Positions 1 to 9,791 of a stretch of 64,000 bases of DNA are shown one piece after another. The position numbers and the translations under genes are program-made. Numbering within the stretch: position 1 is the stretch's first letter; every line of letters starts with the position of its first letter. A model generated the notes under the pieces. The model made no database searches, had not been told where the DNA came from, and worked only from the letters and a program-made list of their open reading frames with translations. The stretch is from Bacteroidota bacterium. Its GTDB lineage: Bacteria; Bacteroidota; Ignavibacteria; Ignavibacteriales; SURF-24. The DNA is taken from NCBI GenBank assembly GCA_030706145.1, contig JAUZPB010000010.1, forward strand, positions 6,538 to 70,537, given 5' to 3'.

Positions 1-2119
1 GTTCAAGTTCTCCAAGGCCAATAATGCTAAGCCTATCATCTTCCTGGATCTTGTCATAATCAAGAGGATTCGTAAAGGTAAGTGGAAGCATCCCTTGTTT
101 TTTAAGATTAGTCTCATGAATACGGGCAAAGCTTTTAACAATAATTGCCTTACCGCCAAGATATCTTGGTTCCATAGCAGCATGTTCACGGCTTGAACCT
201 TCGCCATAGTTTTCATCGCCAACAACAATCCAACCTATTGCTCTTGCCTTATAGTCTCTTGCAACCTCGGGCGTAGGCTTATATTCACCAGTAAATAAAT
301 TCTTTACTTCTCCGGCTTTATCAGTAAAAGCATTAATTGCACCAATGAACATGTTATTAGAAATATTATCGAGATGGCCGCGGAATCTTAGCCATGGGCC
401 AGCCATTGAAATATGATCAGTTGTACATTTACCCTTTGCTTTAAGTAGAACAGGAAGGTCAATAAAGTCTTTTCCATCCCAAGGCTTAAATGGTTCAAGA
501 AGCTGGAGTCTTTCACTCTTTGGGTCTACGACAACCTGCACGCCTGCCCCATCTTTAGCAGGAGCTACAAATCCCAAATCCCCTTTTACAAAACCATTAG
601 CAGGCAATTCCTTGCCTTTAGGAGGATCAAGCTTAACTAGTTCTCCTTTATCATTTTTTACTTTATCAGTAAGTGGGTTAAAGGTCAATTTTCCACCGAT
701 TGCCAGGGCAGTAACTAATTCAGGACTAGCAACAAAGGCTAAAGTCTTAGCATTGCCATCGTTGCGTTTAGCAAAGTTACGGTTAAAAGATGTTACAATT
801 GTATTTCTATCGCCATCTTTGATATCCATTCTTTTCCACATACCTATGCAGGGGCCACAAGCATTAGCAAGTACAAGTCCGCCAAATTCGGTAAGGACCT
901 CAAGCTGACCATCACGTTCAATTGTAGCCCTTACAAGTTCAGAACCAGGTGTAATAGTGTATTTAGATTTTGCTTTAAGGCCTTTATCAAGAGCTTGTCT
1001 GGCAATACTTGCAGCTCTATCAATATCTTCATAGCTTGAATTAGTACAGCTTCCAATTAAAGCAACGCTTATTTCTTCAGGATAATCTTTTTCCTTAACG
1101 ATTTCTTTCATCTTTGAGATTGGCCATGCAAGATCAGGAGTAAAAGGACCGTTAAGGTGTGGTTCAAGCTCATCAAGGTTAATATCAACAATCATATCAT
1201 AATATTTATGAGGTTCTTTAAGTACCTCATCATCTGACCTAAGGCATTCTGAAAGTCCATTGGCAAGATCAGCAACATCCTGGCGTTCTGTTATTCTTAA
1301 ATAATCTTCCATTTTACTGTCGAAGGGAAAGACTGACGTTGTTGCTCCTACCTCTGCCCCCATGTTACAAATTGTTGCCTTACCCGTACATGAGATTGAT
1401 TTAGTTCCCTCTCCAAAATATTCTATTATAGCGCCTGTACCACCTTTTACAGTAAGAATTCCAGCAACCTTCAGTATAATATCTTTAGGAGCAGTCCAAC
1501 CATTAAGTTTACCTGTAAGGTTAACGCCAATGATCTTAGGCCATTTGAGTTCCCAAGGCATTCCAGCCATTACATCCACAGCATCAGCGCCTCCAACTCC
1601 AATAGCTATCATCCCAAGTCCACCTGCATTAGGAGTATGAGAATCTGTACCTATCATCATTCCACCGGGAAAAGCATAATTTTCAAGGACGACCTGGTGA
1701 ATTATTCCTGCTCCTGGTCTCCAAAAGCCAATGCCATATTTTCTAGAAATACTTTCAAGGAAATCATATACTTCCTTATTTTCCTCTTTAGATCTTAAGA
1801 GGTCATCCTCGGCACCGACCTTAGCTTGAATAAGATGGTCACAATGTACAGTCGAAGGAACAGCTGCCGTCTTTCTTCCAGCATGCATAAACTGAAGCAG
1901 TGCCATTTGTGCTGTTGCATCCTGCATAGCGACACGATCGGGAGACAATTCTACATAGTCCTTTCCCCGTTTGAATTCCCTTGTTAAAGGTTTGCTCAGG
2001 TGAGTATATAATATTTTTTCGGTCAGAGTCATCGGTCTGCCAAGATTTTTCTTAACAGAGTCTATTTTATTTTTCAATTCAGAATAAACAGCTTTGATCC
2101 TTTCAATATCAGATGTCAT
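1..2119 (-). CDS. acnA: Aconitate hydratase, mitochondrial-type; C-terminus runs off the window
   Basis: Absent from the ORF track. Manual translation from ATG 2119 gives MTSDIERIK...[18 protein letters not shown]...HCDHLIQA...[15 protein letters not shown]...[11 protein letters not shown]...[12 protein letters not shown], plus [11 protein letters not shown] and ANACGPCIG cluster motifs. Confidence 0.96.
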   Translation of the reverse strand, partial: MTSDIERIKAVYSELKNKIDSVKKNLGRPMTLTEKILYTHLSKPLTREFKRGKDYVELSPDRVAMQDATAQMALLQFMHAGRKTAAVPSTVHCDHLIQAKVGAEDDLLRSKEENKEVYDFLESISRKYGIGFWRPGAGIIHQVVLENYAFPGGMMIGTDSHTPNAGGLGMIAIGVGGADAVDVMAGMPWELKWPKIIGVNLTGKLNGWTAPKDIILKVAGILTVKGGTGAIIEYFGEGTKSISCTGKATICNMGAEVGATTSVFPFDSKMEDYLRITERQDVADLANGLSECLRSDDEVLKEPHKYYDMIVDINLDELEPHLNGPFTPDLAWPISKMKEIVKEKDYPEEISVALIGSCTNSSYEDIDRAASIARQALDKGLKAKSKYTITPGSELVRATIERDGQLEVLTEFGGLVLANACGPCIGMWKRMDIKDGDRNTIVTSFNRNFAKRNDGNAKTLAFVASPELVTALAIGGKLTFNPLTDKVKNDKGELVKLDPPKGKELPANGFVKGDLGFVAPAKDGAGVQVVVDPKSERLQLLEPFKPWDGKDFIDLPVLLKAKGKCTTDHISMAGPWLRFRGHLDNISNNMFIGAINAFTDKAGEVKNLFTGEYKPTPEVARDYKARAIGWIVVGDENYGEGSSREHAAMEPRYLGGKAIIVKSFARIHETNLKKQGMLPLTFTNPLDYDKIQEDDRLSIIGLGELE

Positions 2120-2209
2120 TTTTCCCTCAATTTGAATTTTCTAACAATATAAATTAAAAACGAATAACTATAAAGTAATAAATATCAAACCCGAGGATCA
2201 AATGGAATG

Positions 2210-2229
2210 AAAAAAAACCTGGGGGCAGG
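2210..2229 (-). terminator. Possible weak intrinsic terminator after gmhA
   Basis: Minus strand CCTG-CCCC-CAGG followed by T8; stem only about 4 bp. Confidence 0.35.
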
Positions 2230-2294
2230 ACACGTAAGAATAGATGATTAGAAATATAGAAAGGGCAGAAAAGGAAGTTTTCCTTAAAAAAGGA

Positions 2295-2879
2295 TCACTT
2301 CCCGAAAAGTTCTCTTTCGACCAATTCGCAAATAATATGAGCAATTGTAATATGCCCTTCCTGAATTCTCTGAGTGTTATTAGATGGAATAACAATAGGC
2401 AGGTCCACCATAGAAAGCAGCTTGCCTCCCGTTCCGCCCAAAAAACCAATTGTTGTCATCTTTTTTTCTTTTGCTCTTTGAACAGCTTTTATAATATTCG
2501 GAGAATTACCGCTTGTAGAGATTGCAATCAGAGAGTCTGATTCGTTGCCAATTCCTTCAATGATCCTTGCAAAAACATTTTCATAACCAATATCATTGCC
2601 ACCTGCTGTAAGGTTGGATGTATCGGTGGTAAGGGCAATTGCAGGCAAAGCACTGCGATCCAGATCGTGAGAGAGCCTTATCATAAATTCGGCTGCAATA
2701 TGCTGGCAATCAGCCGCACTTCCGCCATTGCCGCAAAGCAGAAGTTTCTTTCCTTTTTTGAAGGTTTCTCTAAGCAGATCCACTGCAGAGAGGATATCAG
2801 AGCTGCACATTTGCAAAATTTTTAGTTTTGTCTCTGAGCTTTCAACAAGAGAATCATTTATAAATTTTAATTTATCCAC
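2295..2879 (-). CDS. gmhA: D-sedoheptulose 7-phosphate isomerase
   Basis: SIS-domain motifs CGNGGSAADCQHIAAE, ISTSGNSPN, TQRIQEGH. Confidence 0.95.
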   Translation of the reverse strand: MDKLKFINDSLVESSETKLKILQMCSSDILSAVDLLRETFKKGKKLLLCGNGGSAADCQHIAAEFMIRLSHDLDRSALPAIALTTDTSNLTAGGNDIGYENVFARIIEGIGNESDSLIAISTSGNSPNIIKAVQRAKEKKMTTIGFLGGTGGKLLSMVDLPIVIPSNNTQRIQEGHITIAHIICELVERELFGK

Positions 2880-2939
2880 ATTTACATCCTAAAAAAATAG
2901 ATTTATTCTGATATATATTTTCACTTTTAATATAATAAA

Positions 2940-3692
2940 TTATGAATCAAGTTTAACATGAACTGACTTAGAGAACTCAGTTAAAGAATTCCAATTCTGT
3001 TCATCTTCAAAATAGTTACCTGTCACAATAATTTTAGCACCACATTCAACTTTTTTTCTAGCACATTGTGGAGTAGTTATTCCGCCTCCTACAATAACAG
3101 GAATATCCAGTAAGCTGCTAACACATCCGACCATTTCATCTGGGACAGGAAGTTTTGCACCAGAACCAGCTTCCAGGTAAATAAATTTCATACCGAGGAA
3201 CTGTGCAGCAAGAGCAGTTGCAGCTGCTATTTCAGGTTTGTTACGAGGTATAGGACGGCTGCCACTAATATATTCAACTGTCGTTACAGAGCCAGATTCA
3301 ATGAGCATATAACCAGTTGATATAGGTTCAATTCCGAAATGCTTAATCAAAGGGGCAGCCAGAACATGTTTTCCTATCAGATGCTCTGCATTTCTACCGC
3401 TTATAAGTGATAAATAGAGTATGGCATCTGCATTTGGAGATACCTGACTTTCACCACCAGGGAAAACAATAGCCGGAAGTGTACAATTTTGTTTAATGTC
3501 AGTTAGTGTCTTTGCAAGATTTCCGTTCATCATCAAGCTGCCGCCAATGAGCAGTCCATCAACTCCAGCTTCTTCGCATTTCTTTACAAAACTGATAAGT
3601 TTATTTCCAGCAATCTTATCCGGATCAATAAGTATCAGATATGCAGCACCTTTACATTCAATAGTATCTAAAAGGTAATTATATATTTTCAT
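2940..3692 (-). CDS. Geranylgeranylglyceryl phosphate synthase family protein (group II GGGPS/PcrB family)
   Basis: LIDPDK, IGGS, FPG, LSLISGRN, GYMLIESG, YLEAGSGA, VGGGI, VTGN motifs. Likely start ATG 3692 (MKIYNY); the longer ORF runs into a hairpin. Confidence 0.92.
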   Translation of the reverse strand: MKIYNYLLDTIECKGAAYLILIDPDKIAGNKLISFVKKCEEAGVDGLLIGGSLMMNGNLAKTLTDIKQNCTLPAIVFPGGESQVSPNADAILYLSLISGRNAEHLIGKHVLAAPLIKHFGIEPISTGYMLIESGSVTTVEYISGSRPIPRNKPEIAAATALAAQFLGMKFIYLEAGSGAKLPVPDEMVGCVSSLLDIPVIVGGGITTPQCARKKVECGAKIIVTGNYFEDEQNWNSLTEFSKSVHVKLDS

Positions 3693-3798
3693 AAGGTCAG
3701 AATAATTTTTCCAAAATATACCCAATTTAGAGAAGATAACAAAAGCTATTTTTCCTTTTGGAATGAAAGGCACAAATATAATGATACAAATATAATGA

Positions 3799-3854
3799 AG
3801 CGAAAGAGATTTCTTATAGTGAGCAAGGAGCCACTTAAGCAATTCTCTTTCGCT
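3799..3854 (-). terminator. Long imperfect hairpin after the AraC gene, probable terminator
   Basis: AGCGAAAGAGA...TCTCTTTCGCT 11-bp outer stem with additional inner pairing. Confidence 0.55.
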
Positions 3855-3888
3855 ATTATAGCTAAAGAAATTGTATTAATACAATAGT

Positions 3889-4851
3889 TTACAAAGGTTT
3901 TACAGGCAAGCAGACCTCAAGGACGAAGAAGCCTTTTGGTTCCTCATTTGGATCGCGCAGGTATATCTCATAAGAAGGATAATCATCGGGCTGATAACCG
4001 CTCTCGGGTAGCCAGTTCTTGTAGACATCGTTATATGCTTGCTCAATTCCATCCTGGTATCCCTCATACCTGTATACAGCACAATTTAATTCAGGAAGGT
4101 CAAGAATTCCAATTCCCCCTGTAGCTTCAACACCTTCTGGAATAGTCATACTTGCATAATAGCGGCATTTATCCGGAGGAGTAATATCAGGGTTATCAAG
4201 AGAAATACCCAAAAAGATAGAATCCTTTTTTATTAAACCTCTTGGGCCGGCCCACCGGCACAGTTTTTCAAAAGCAGCTCCAACCTTTGAATTATAGCCC
4301 TGATTATGACTTACATAAGCAAGGTGAAGTTTTGGCATTTTTTTAATTTCTACATTCATAATTTTCCTCGATTGGTTGTTAATTGATAAATAATTATCTA
4401 CAGAGGAAAAATACTCTTCAGTCTGAAAGTATTCTTTGCCAGTTTTGCTATCAGTTTTGCAATTCTTGCTATTTCTAATTTTTTCACTATAAGCCAATGC
4501 TCCCCCATTTCGCCAATCTGAAGCGCTATAATTAAAGTAGTCCCTAAATGCTCTTGCAAATGTAGAAGAGGAAGAGAAACCACAGCTAAGAGCAATTTCT
4601 GTAATAGAATATTCAGGGCGAATAATAAGCAGGTTAGCAGCTTTTTCTAGTCTCAACCTTTTAACAAAGTCACCTGGAGTTTCACCAACGATTGAAAGGA
4701 AAATTCTGTGGAAGTGGTAAGGAGAAAAAAAGGCTTCTCTTGAAAGCATACCAAGAGAGAGCTCTTTTTCAAGGTTTTCGTTTATAAAACGCAAGACCCG
4801 GTTAATCCGGGTCTCGTAAATTTTTATTGGGTTACAGTTCTTATTATCCAT
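3889..4851 (-). CDS. AraC-family transcriptional regulator with C-terminal GyrI-like ligand-binding domain
   Basis: N-terminal FSPYHFHRIF...RLRLEKAA...IALSCGFSSSSTFARAF; C-terminal DNPDITPPDKCRY...WLPESGY...YEIY. Confidence 0.93.
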   Translation of the reverse strand: MDNKNCNPIKIYETRINRVLRFINENLEKELSLGMLSREAFFSPYHFHRIFLSIVGETPGDFVKRLRLEKAANLLIIRPEYSITEIALSCGFSSSSTFARAFRDYFNYSASDWRNGGALAYSEKIRNSKNCKTDSKTGKEYFQTEEYFSSVDNYLSINNQSRKIMNVEIKKMPKLHLAYVSHNQGYNSKVGAAFEKLCRWAGPRGLIKKDSIFLGISLDNPDITPPDKCRYYASMTIPEGVEATGGIGILDLPELNCAVYRYEGYQDGIEQAYNDVYKNWLPESGYQPDDYPSYEIYLRDPNEEPKGFFVLEVCLPVKPL

Positions 4852-4933
4852 ATATACGTCAAAATAAAATTCTATTTCTTAAAATAAGATTTAAAAAAAT
4901 AATTTGATATATATATGATATATTTTAGCAGAC

Positions 4934-5341
4934 CTATTTAATTCCCTTTTCGTTCAGATATGATGAATACTTCCTGTCTGAAACAGCAATGTGATTAAGA
5001 AGCCAATCTCTTAAGAAATTCAGCATATCAATTGATAAACTAGTAGATCCAGTTTGAAAGCTTTTTTGAAATTCAAGGACTTTTCGTACAAAGTCATCAT
5101 GTTCTTTTTTATGGGCAAGATAGGCCGGATAGTTATTTTCACTCAGAAGTTTTTCCTCAAGCGAAAAATGAGTCGTAGTATATCTTATCAGGTTCTGTAT
5201 AATTGTACCCATTACATCTTTTGCCTGACCAGTCTTCATAGCATCATGAAGGTCATTAATATAGCCTAAAAGTTTATTATGCTGAGTATCGACTTCTTTT
5301 ATTCCAACACTATAGCGTGCATTCCACTGAATAAATGGCAT
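4934..5341 (-). CDS. Single-domain bacteriohemerythrin
   Basis: W...YSVG...DTQH; HFSLEE; HKKEH; WLLNHIAVSD di-iron ligand pattern. GGAG ribosome site before ATG 5341. Confidence 0.93.
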   Translation of the reverse strand: MPFIQWNARYSVGIKEVDTQHNKLLGYINDLHDAMKTGQAKDVMGTIIQNLIRYTTTHFSLEEKLLSENNYPAYLAHKKEHDDFVRKVLEFQKSFQTGSTSLSIDMLNFLRDWLLNHIAVSDRKYSSYLNEKGIK

Positions 5342-5480
5342 AGGATCTCCATTCAATGACTAATTTCTCTTCTAAAAAAGAGAGAAATACATTATAAAAA
5401 TAAGGTTGAATTATAGATTTTTTGCAAAAATAACTTCATAAGCACTTAAGTTCAACCCTTCCCCCCTCCACATTAAAAAT

Positions 5481-6113
5481 TTATTGGTTCTGAAAAGCTG
5501 TTAAGTTTTCAGAGGCACCTTTGGCTCTGTTTCTAAGCTCTTCGATATACTCTCTATGTTCCTGAATTACCTGCTGATTAATTAAGGCAAAATCACTGCC
5601 CTGTTTTCTGAGTTTTTGTACAAATTTTGGGGAGCAGAGATGATCCTCAGAGATAAATTTAACATTGATCAAATCAATTATTTGTTTATCACTTAATTTT
5701 CTTAAATTCTTTTTATTTGCTGATTTGTGTACTTTTGAAAATTTAGCCCCATGTTTTTGGCACTCATCTATATTATTCAGACAATCAGTAATGAGCTTTA
5801 GATTCAGGTCATAATAGTTTGCCACATCCATCCAGCGCATCCCACAAAGCCTTAAATTGACGACTTCCTCTGGGTTTACTTTTGCAGTTCTTGCAAAAAA
5901 ATACGCTACTGGGATTTCCTCATCTTTAAGGTTAGCATTCCTAAAGAGCTGAATCTCCTTTTGCGGAGCTAAATAATACTCAGCTACTGACTGGTAAAAA
6001 TTACTCAAAGTTACCTCAGAGCCTGAATGGATCGTTCCATCTGGTAAGAACGGGAAAATCTTTGAATTTGATAAAAAAACTGTACAAATCAATAAAGCAA
6101 AAAATGTTTTCAT
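5481..6113 (-). CDS. Hypothetical exported protein with two internal helical repeats
   Basis: Signal-peptide-like MKTFFALLICTVFLS; AGGAG ribosome site before ATG 6113. Confidence 0.75.
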   Translation of the reverse strand: MKTFFALLICTVFLSNSKIFPFLPDGTIHSGSEVTLSNFYQSVAEYYLAPQKEIQLFRNANLKDEEIPVAYFFARTAKVNPEEVVNLRLCGMRWMDVANYYDLNLKLITDCLNNIDECQKHGAKFSKVHKSANKKNLRKLSDKQIIDLINVKFISEDHLCSPKFVQKLRKQGSDFALINQQVIQEHREYIEELRNRAKGASENLTAFQNQ

Positions 6114-6260
6114 CGTAAAATCTTCTCCTGTTACGAAATGACAATTAGAATTAAACAAATTTTGTACCAAAAGTAAGTCTTTTAATTATAAGAGATTAGG
6201 TAAACAAGGGGGTAAAAACTACCAGGTCAGTTCTACAGATTGGATAAAAGAATAAGAAGA

Positions 6261-7205
6261 TTATCTTTTCCTTCTTAGCTGAGAAGAAGGTAAAGGATTT
6301 GATTTTTCATCAAATTTTCTTTTGAGAAAATTTTCAAAGATAGTGTTTTGCTCATAGAAGGTTTTTCCAAAGATAGCCTTAAAGCTATCAAGTGTATAAC
6401 CCTTTTGATATAAGTTCAGAAACTTTGCCAGACCATAGTTACGGATCATAAATTTCGTAAAAGCGCCTGCCATTGGATAGATATTTTGTTGTATACGTCG
6501 AGCTTCCGGATGAGTAACTATAAAATAAGGAGAACTAATCTCATCATTACGTAGTTTTCTAGCTGCAAAGTCAAAAAGATCCTCTCCATACCAGCCACCA
6601 TCTGACCATACAGCCATTCCCTCGCCAGTAAGCCATTTAAATGGGCCAGGGGCGCCGAAGCCAAAGAAATTATCCACTAAAAAGTGTGTAATTTCGTGTT
6701 TTCCCGTCACATTTGAGAGTGAGTCATTATCGATTGCATAAACAGCCCCGTAATTGCCGATTTCGTAAGTATTGCTAAAACTCCCTGCCCCGGTTATATT
6801 ATCGTAGTCCTTAAAGTCCTCAAAGATGAAATACTTGACCTTATAGCCGTAATCATAAAGGTTAAATAATTTCAATACTTCAGAATAGTTCTCTTCCTGT
6901 TTAGCTGCAATACTATCAATATAGACAGAGCTTCTATAACCGGGTCTGTAATAGAAATTAAAATGTCTGGTTATATATGAGTGCCACACTCCCTGGGAAA
7001 GGACCCTTTCTGGTTTATTCAATTCCATAAAAGAAAGGCTATGGCAAAATCCAAGACAGATTGCAAGAAGGAGCAGAGAAATATTTAAGAATACCTTTTT
7101 CACTTTTATTTTTTTGATAATGAGTGATACAAATTTACCAATGGACATCCTTATTGGTATTACTAATAAAGTAAATAAAAAAACGAAATAAATTCTTCTG
7201 ATCAA
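6261..7205 (-). CDS. Membrane-anchored putative zinc metallopeptidase (clan MA-like)
   Basis: Two N-terminal hydrophobic segments; HEITH followed by W-x-x-x-EGMA (gluzincin-like third ligand). Confidence 0.65.
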   Translation of the reverse strand: MIRRIYFVFLFTLLVIPIRMSIGKFVSLIIKKIKVKKVFLNISLLLLAICLGFCHSLSFMELNKPERVLSQGVWHSYITRHFNFYYRPGYRSSVYIDSIAAKQEENYSEVLKLFNLYDYGYKVKYFIFEDFKDYDNITGAGSFSNTYEIGNYGAVYAIDNDSLSNVTGKHEITHFLVDNFFGFGAPGPFKWLTGEGMAVWSDGGWYGEDLFDFAARKLRNDEISSPYFIVTHPEARRIQQNIYPMAGAFTKFMIRNYGLAKFLNLYQKGYTLDSFKAIFGKTFYEQNTIFENFLKRKFDEKSNPLPSSQLRRKR

Positions 7206-7381
7206 TTCACATTTGCTGCAGAGAAAGCATGCAGTACCGATTTAATGCACTCTTTTTAAAGATGATGAGCAATAGGCATTGTTAACCAAGTGTACAATAA
7301 TAACCATTTTCCATTGGAATTTAAAGTAATTATTTGTCTCTAAAATCCTAAAAACAAGTATATAAAGGTAAGTAGAGGCTA

Positions 7382-7397
7382 TGGCATATCTATTGAA
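7382..7397 (+). promoter_or_regulatory. Candidate sigma54 -24/-12 promoter of the flagellar operon
   Basis: TGGCATATCTATTGAA: GG-N10-GA; good -24 element, non-canonical -12. Confidence 0.35.
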
Positions 7398-7446
7398 TTG
7401 GTTATTAAAAAATGCGGAAAAAAGTAATCGTTTAATGGGAAACAAT

Positions 7447-7971
7447 ATGGATGTTTCAAGTATACCAGAGGCAAAAAAGGGAATGATAAACCCAAAGGTT
7501 TTTCTTATTGGTTTGCCTTTGTTTATCCTGCAATTAGTTGTAGTATATTTTGTAACAGCAAATATACTTCTTAGTAAAATGCAGGCCACTGGTGTCAATC
7601 CCGCCGGAGTTGCAGCCGATAGCTTAAAAGGCAAGGCGAGCTCTACAGAAAAAGAAGCTACAGAGGTAGGAGTAAATGTACTTAACCTTGATGATATAAT
7701 AGTGAACCCGACCGGAACAAATGGACAAAGGTTATTACTTGCTTCAGTAGGAGTTGATCTTCCTAACAAAGAAGAACTCGATGGGTTGCAAAAGAAGAAA
7801 GAGATTTTAACAGACATTGTTATCTCTGCTCTTTCAAGTAAAAACATAAATCAGCTAAACAGTATTGCCTATAGGGATACGATAAAAGCAGAGATTACGA
7901 ACTCAATCTCGAAAAAAATTCCAAAGACAAAGATCAATAGTATCTATTTCAGCAAATTTATAATCCAATAA
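7447..7971 (+). CDS. fliL: Flagellar basal body-associated protein FliL
   Basis: One N-terminal TM helix, LDDIIVNP, IYFSKFIIQ C-terminus, directly before fliM. Start uncertain (7381, 7435 or 7447; GGGA precedes 7447). Confidence 0.88.
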   Translation: MDVSSIPEAKKGMINPKVFLIGLPLFILQLVVVYFVTANILLSKMQATGVNPAGVAADSLKGKASSTEKEATEVGVNVLNLDDIIVNPTGTNGQRLLLASVGVDLPNKEELDGLQKKKEILTDIVISALSSKNINQLNSIAYRDTIKAEITNSISKKIPKTKINSIYFSKFIIQ

Positions 7972-7980
7972 TAGAAAAAC

Positions 7981-8961
7981 ATGGCAGAAGTATTATCCCA
8001 GCAAGAAATTGATCAACTTCTAAATAAGATGAAGACCGGCGGAGAGCAAGCTCCGACGGCGATGCCTGAAAAAGAAGCAATTCCATTTGATTTTAGGTTG
8101 CCAAACCGAATCTCAAAGAATCAATTACGCACTATACGTAATATTCATGAAAACTTTTCTGAAAGTTTGAGCTCTTTTTTGCTTTCGAAGCTTCAAGCCA
8201 TAGTAAACATAAATGTAATTTCAGTAGATCAGATCTACTATTCTGAATATGTCTTGTCTGTCTCAAATCCAGCCTGTTTATTTACTTTTGACATAAAAAA
8301 TACAGATATAAAGGGAATACTTGAACTAAGTCCTGAGCTTGCCCTTGCTCTTGTTGACAGGCTTTTAGGAGGGAATGGCTCAGGTACAAAGCAATCAAAG
8401 ATCATTACGCCCATAGAGCAGAAGGTACTTTATGTAGTAGTTGATAAGATAATGGTTGATCTGAAAAAGGCATGGCAGATCATTGGCGAGTATGAATTTG
8501 TTATGGAAAGATTTGAGCCCGATATAGATTTTGCACAAATCACCTCGCAGAGTGAAAGTGTTCTTTTGATTTCTTTTGAGATCTTTATTGGAGAGCAATC
8601 TTACCTTATGAACCTTTGTTTTGCGACATTTGCCTTTGATGCTATTTTGTCAAAGATGTCCAATCAGAAATTATCTTCAATTCGGCCAGTAAAGTACAAT
8701 GGAACGACTGCAAAGGGCATATTAAGCAATCACCTGCAGAAGACATTGTTAAATATTGCTGTAGAATTTGGACTTGCAACATTAACAGTCGAAGAGTTAA
8801 TGAACCTTGAAAAGGGAGATATAATCAAGGTAAACAAAAAGATAGGTGATGAGCTTAAGGTAAAAGTTGCCGATAAGGTCCTTTTTATGGGGCAGCCGGG
8901 TGTAGTAAATAAACACAAAGCAGTAAAGATTTCCCGGAAAATTGATCCAAAAGAAAAATAA
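7981..8961 (+). CDS. fliM: Flagellar motor switch protein FliM
   Basis: CheY-binding LSQQEIDQLL, FDFRLP, DRLLGG, C-terminal SpoA domain. Confidence 0.96.
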   Translation: MAEVLSQQEIDQLLNKMKTGGEQAPTAMPEKEAIPFDFRLPNRISKNQLRTIRNIHENFSESLSSFLLSKLQAIVNINVISVDQIYYSEYVLSVSNPACLFTFDIKNTDIKGILELSPELALALVDRLLGGNGSGTKQSKIITPIEQKVLYVVVDKIMVDLKKAWQIIGEYEFVMERFEPDIDFAQITSQSESVLLISFEIFIGEQSYLMNLCFATFAFDAILSKMSNQKLSSIRPVKYNGTTAKGILSNHLQKTLLNIAVEFGLATLTVEELMNLEKGDIIKVNKKIGDELKVKVADKVLFMGQPGVVNKHKAVKISRKIDPKEK

Positions 8962-8966
8962 AAATT

Positions 8967-9015
8967 AAAGTTTTCATAAAAAAGTTTTCATAAAAAAGTT
9001 TTCACAAATAAGTTT
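8967..9015. repeat. 14-bp tandem repeat, about 3.5 copies
   Basis: AAAGTTTTCATAAA, AAAGTTTTCATAAA, AAAGTTTTCACAAA, TAAGTTT in the fliM-fliN gap. Confidence 0.9.
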
Positions 9016-9035
9016 AAAAATTTACGGAGCGTTGA

Positions 9036-9422
9036 ATGGCAGCCAACGATGGTCTTGAAAATGCATTCATGGATGATAACTCTATGTCGGACGACAATAT
9101 TACTGGAGGTGTAGCAGATTTTCCTGAATTTGATGAATCTACAAACCGCAGTATAATGCCCAACGATAAGCTGGACTTTTTGAAAGATCTGCAGCTTAAC
9201 GTTTATATTGAGCTAGGAAGAACACAGATGCAGATAAAAGATATTCTTGAGCTGGAAAGAGGTTATGTTATAGAACTTGACAAGCTTGCCAGTGAGCCGG
9301 TTGATATATTTGTAAACAACAAGAAAATAGCCGAAGGAGAAGTTGTAGTAATTGATAAACATTTCGGTATAAGAATTACAAACCTTATTGATACTAATGA
9401 TAGATTAAAAGGACTGGCATAG
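9036..9422 (+). CDS. fliN: Flagellar motor switch protein FliN
   Basis: IELGRTQM...VIELDKLASEPVDIFVN...GEVVVIDKHFGIRIT. Confidence 0.95.
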   Translation: MAANDGLENAFMDDNSMSDDNITGGVADFPEFDESTNRSIMPNDKLDFLKDLQLNVYIELGRTQMQIKDILELERGYVIELDKLASEPVDIFVNNKKIAEGEVVVIDKHFGIRITNLIDTNDRLKGLA

Positions 9423-9791
9423 ATGGAATTTATTAACATTCTTAAGATAATCTTTTTTCTGATCATATTAGTTGTTCTTATGTATGGAACACTATATATG
9501 ATGAAAAAGTACTTCTACAGTTCAGATAAAAGCAGATCAAAGCTTGTTAAGATAAAAGTATTAAGTACGCAGATGATCATGCCAAAGAAATTTATACAAG
9601 TTGTACAAGTCCATGATAAGGTACTTATACTAGGAATAAGCGATCATTCAATTAATTTGTTACAGGAATTTGAAGGTTTCATTCCTGAGGATAGAATCTA
9701 TGAAGAAGAATCACAGACAGCAATGGATCTAAAGGGAAGTTTCAAGGAAAATTTTTTAGAAGCATTAAAGAAGAATTTGGGTCTTAAATGA
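9423..9791 (+). CDS. fliO: Flagellar biosynthesis protein FliO
   Basis: N-terminal TM helix plus beta-rich IKVLS...VLILGISDHSINLL; lies between fliN and fliP. Confidence 0.85.
   Translation: MEFINILKIIFFLIILVVLMYGTLYMMKKYFYSSDKSRSKLVKIKVLSTQMIMPKKFIQVVQVHDKVLILGISDHSINLLQEFEGFIPEDRIYEEESQTAMDLKGSFKENFLEALKKNLGLK

Noticed and set aside
612-1640. Plus-strand ORFs 612-908 and 1362-1640
   Set aside because: Antisense shadows of the aconitase gene; most other short opposite-strand or nested ORFs in the track were dropped for the same reason
3693-3842. 50-aa N-terminal extension of GGGP synthase
   Set aside because: Starts at a TTG inside a terminator-like hairpin and reads through AT-rich intergenic DNA; family length fits ATG 3692
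7242-7847. 201-aa minus-strand ORF
   Set aside because: Antisense to fliL and its promoter region; no motif
8967-9015. Direct repeats as a CRISPR array
   Set aside because: Units are 14 bp, contiguous, have no spacers, and no cas genes are present
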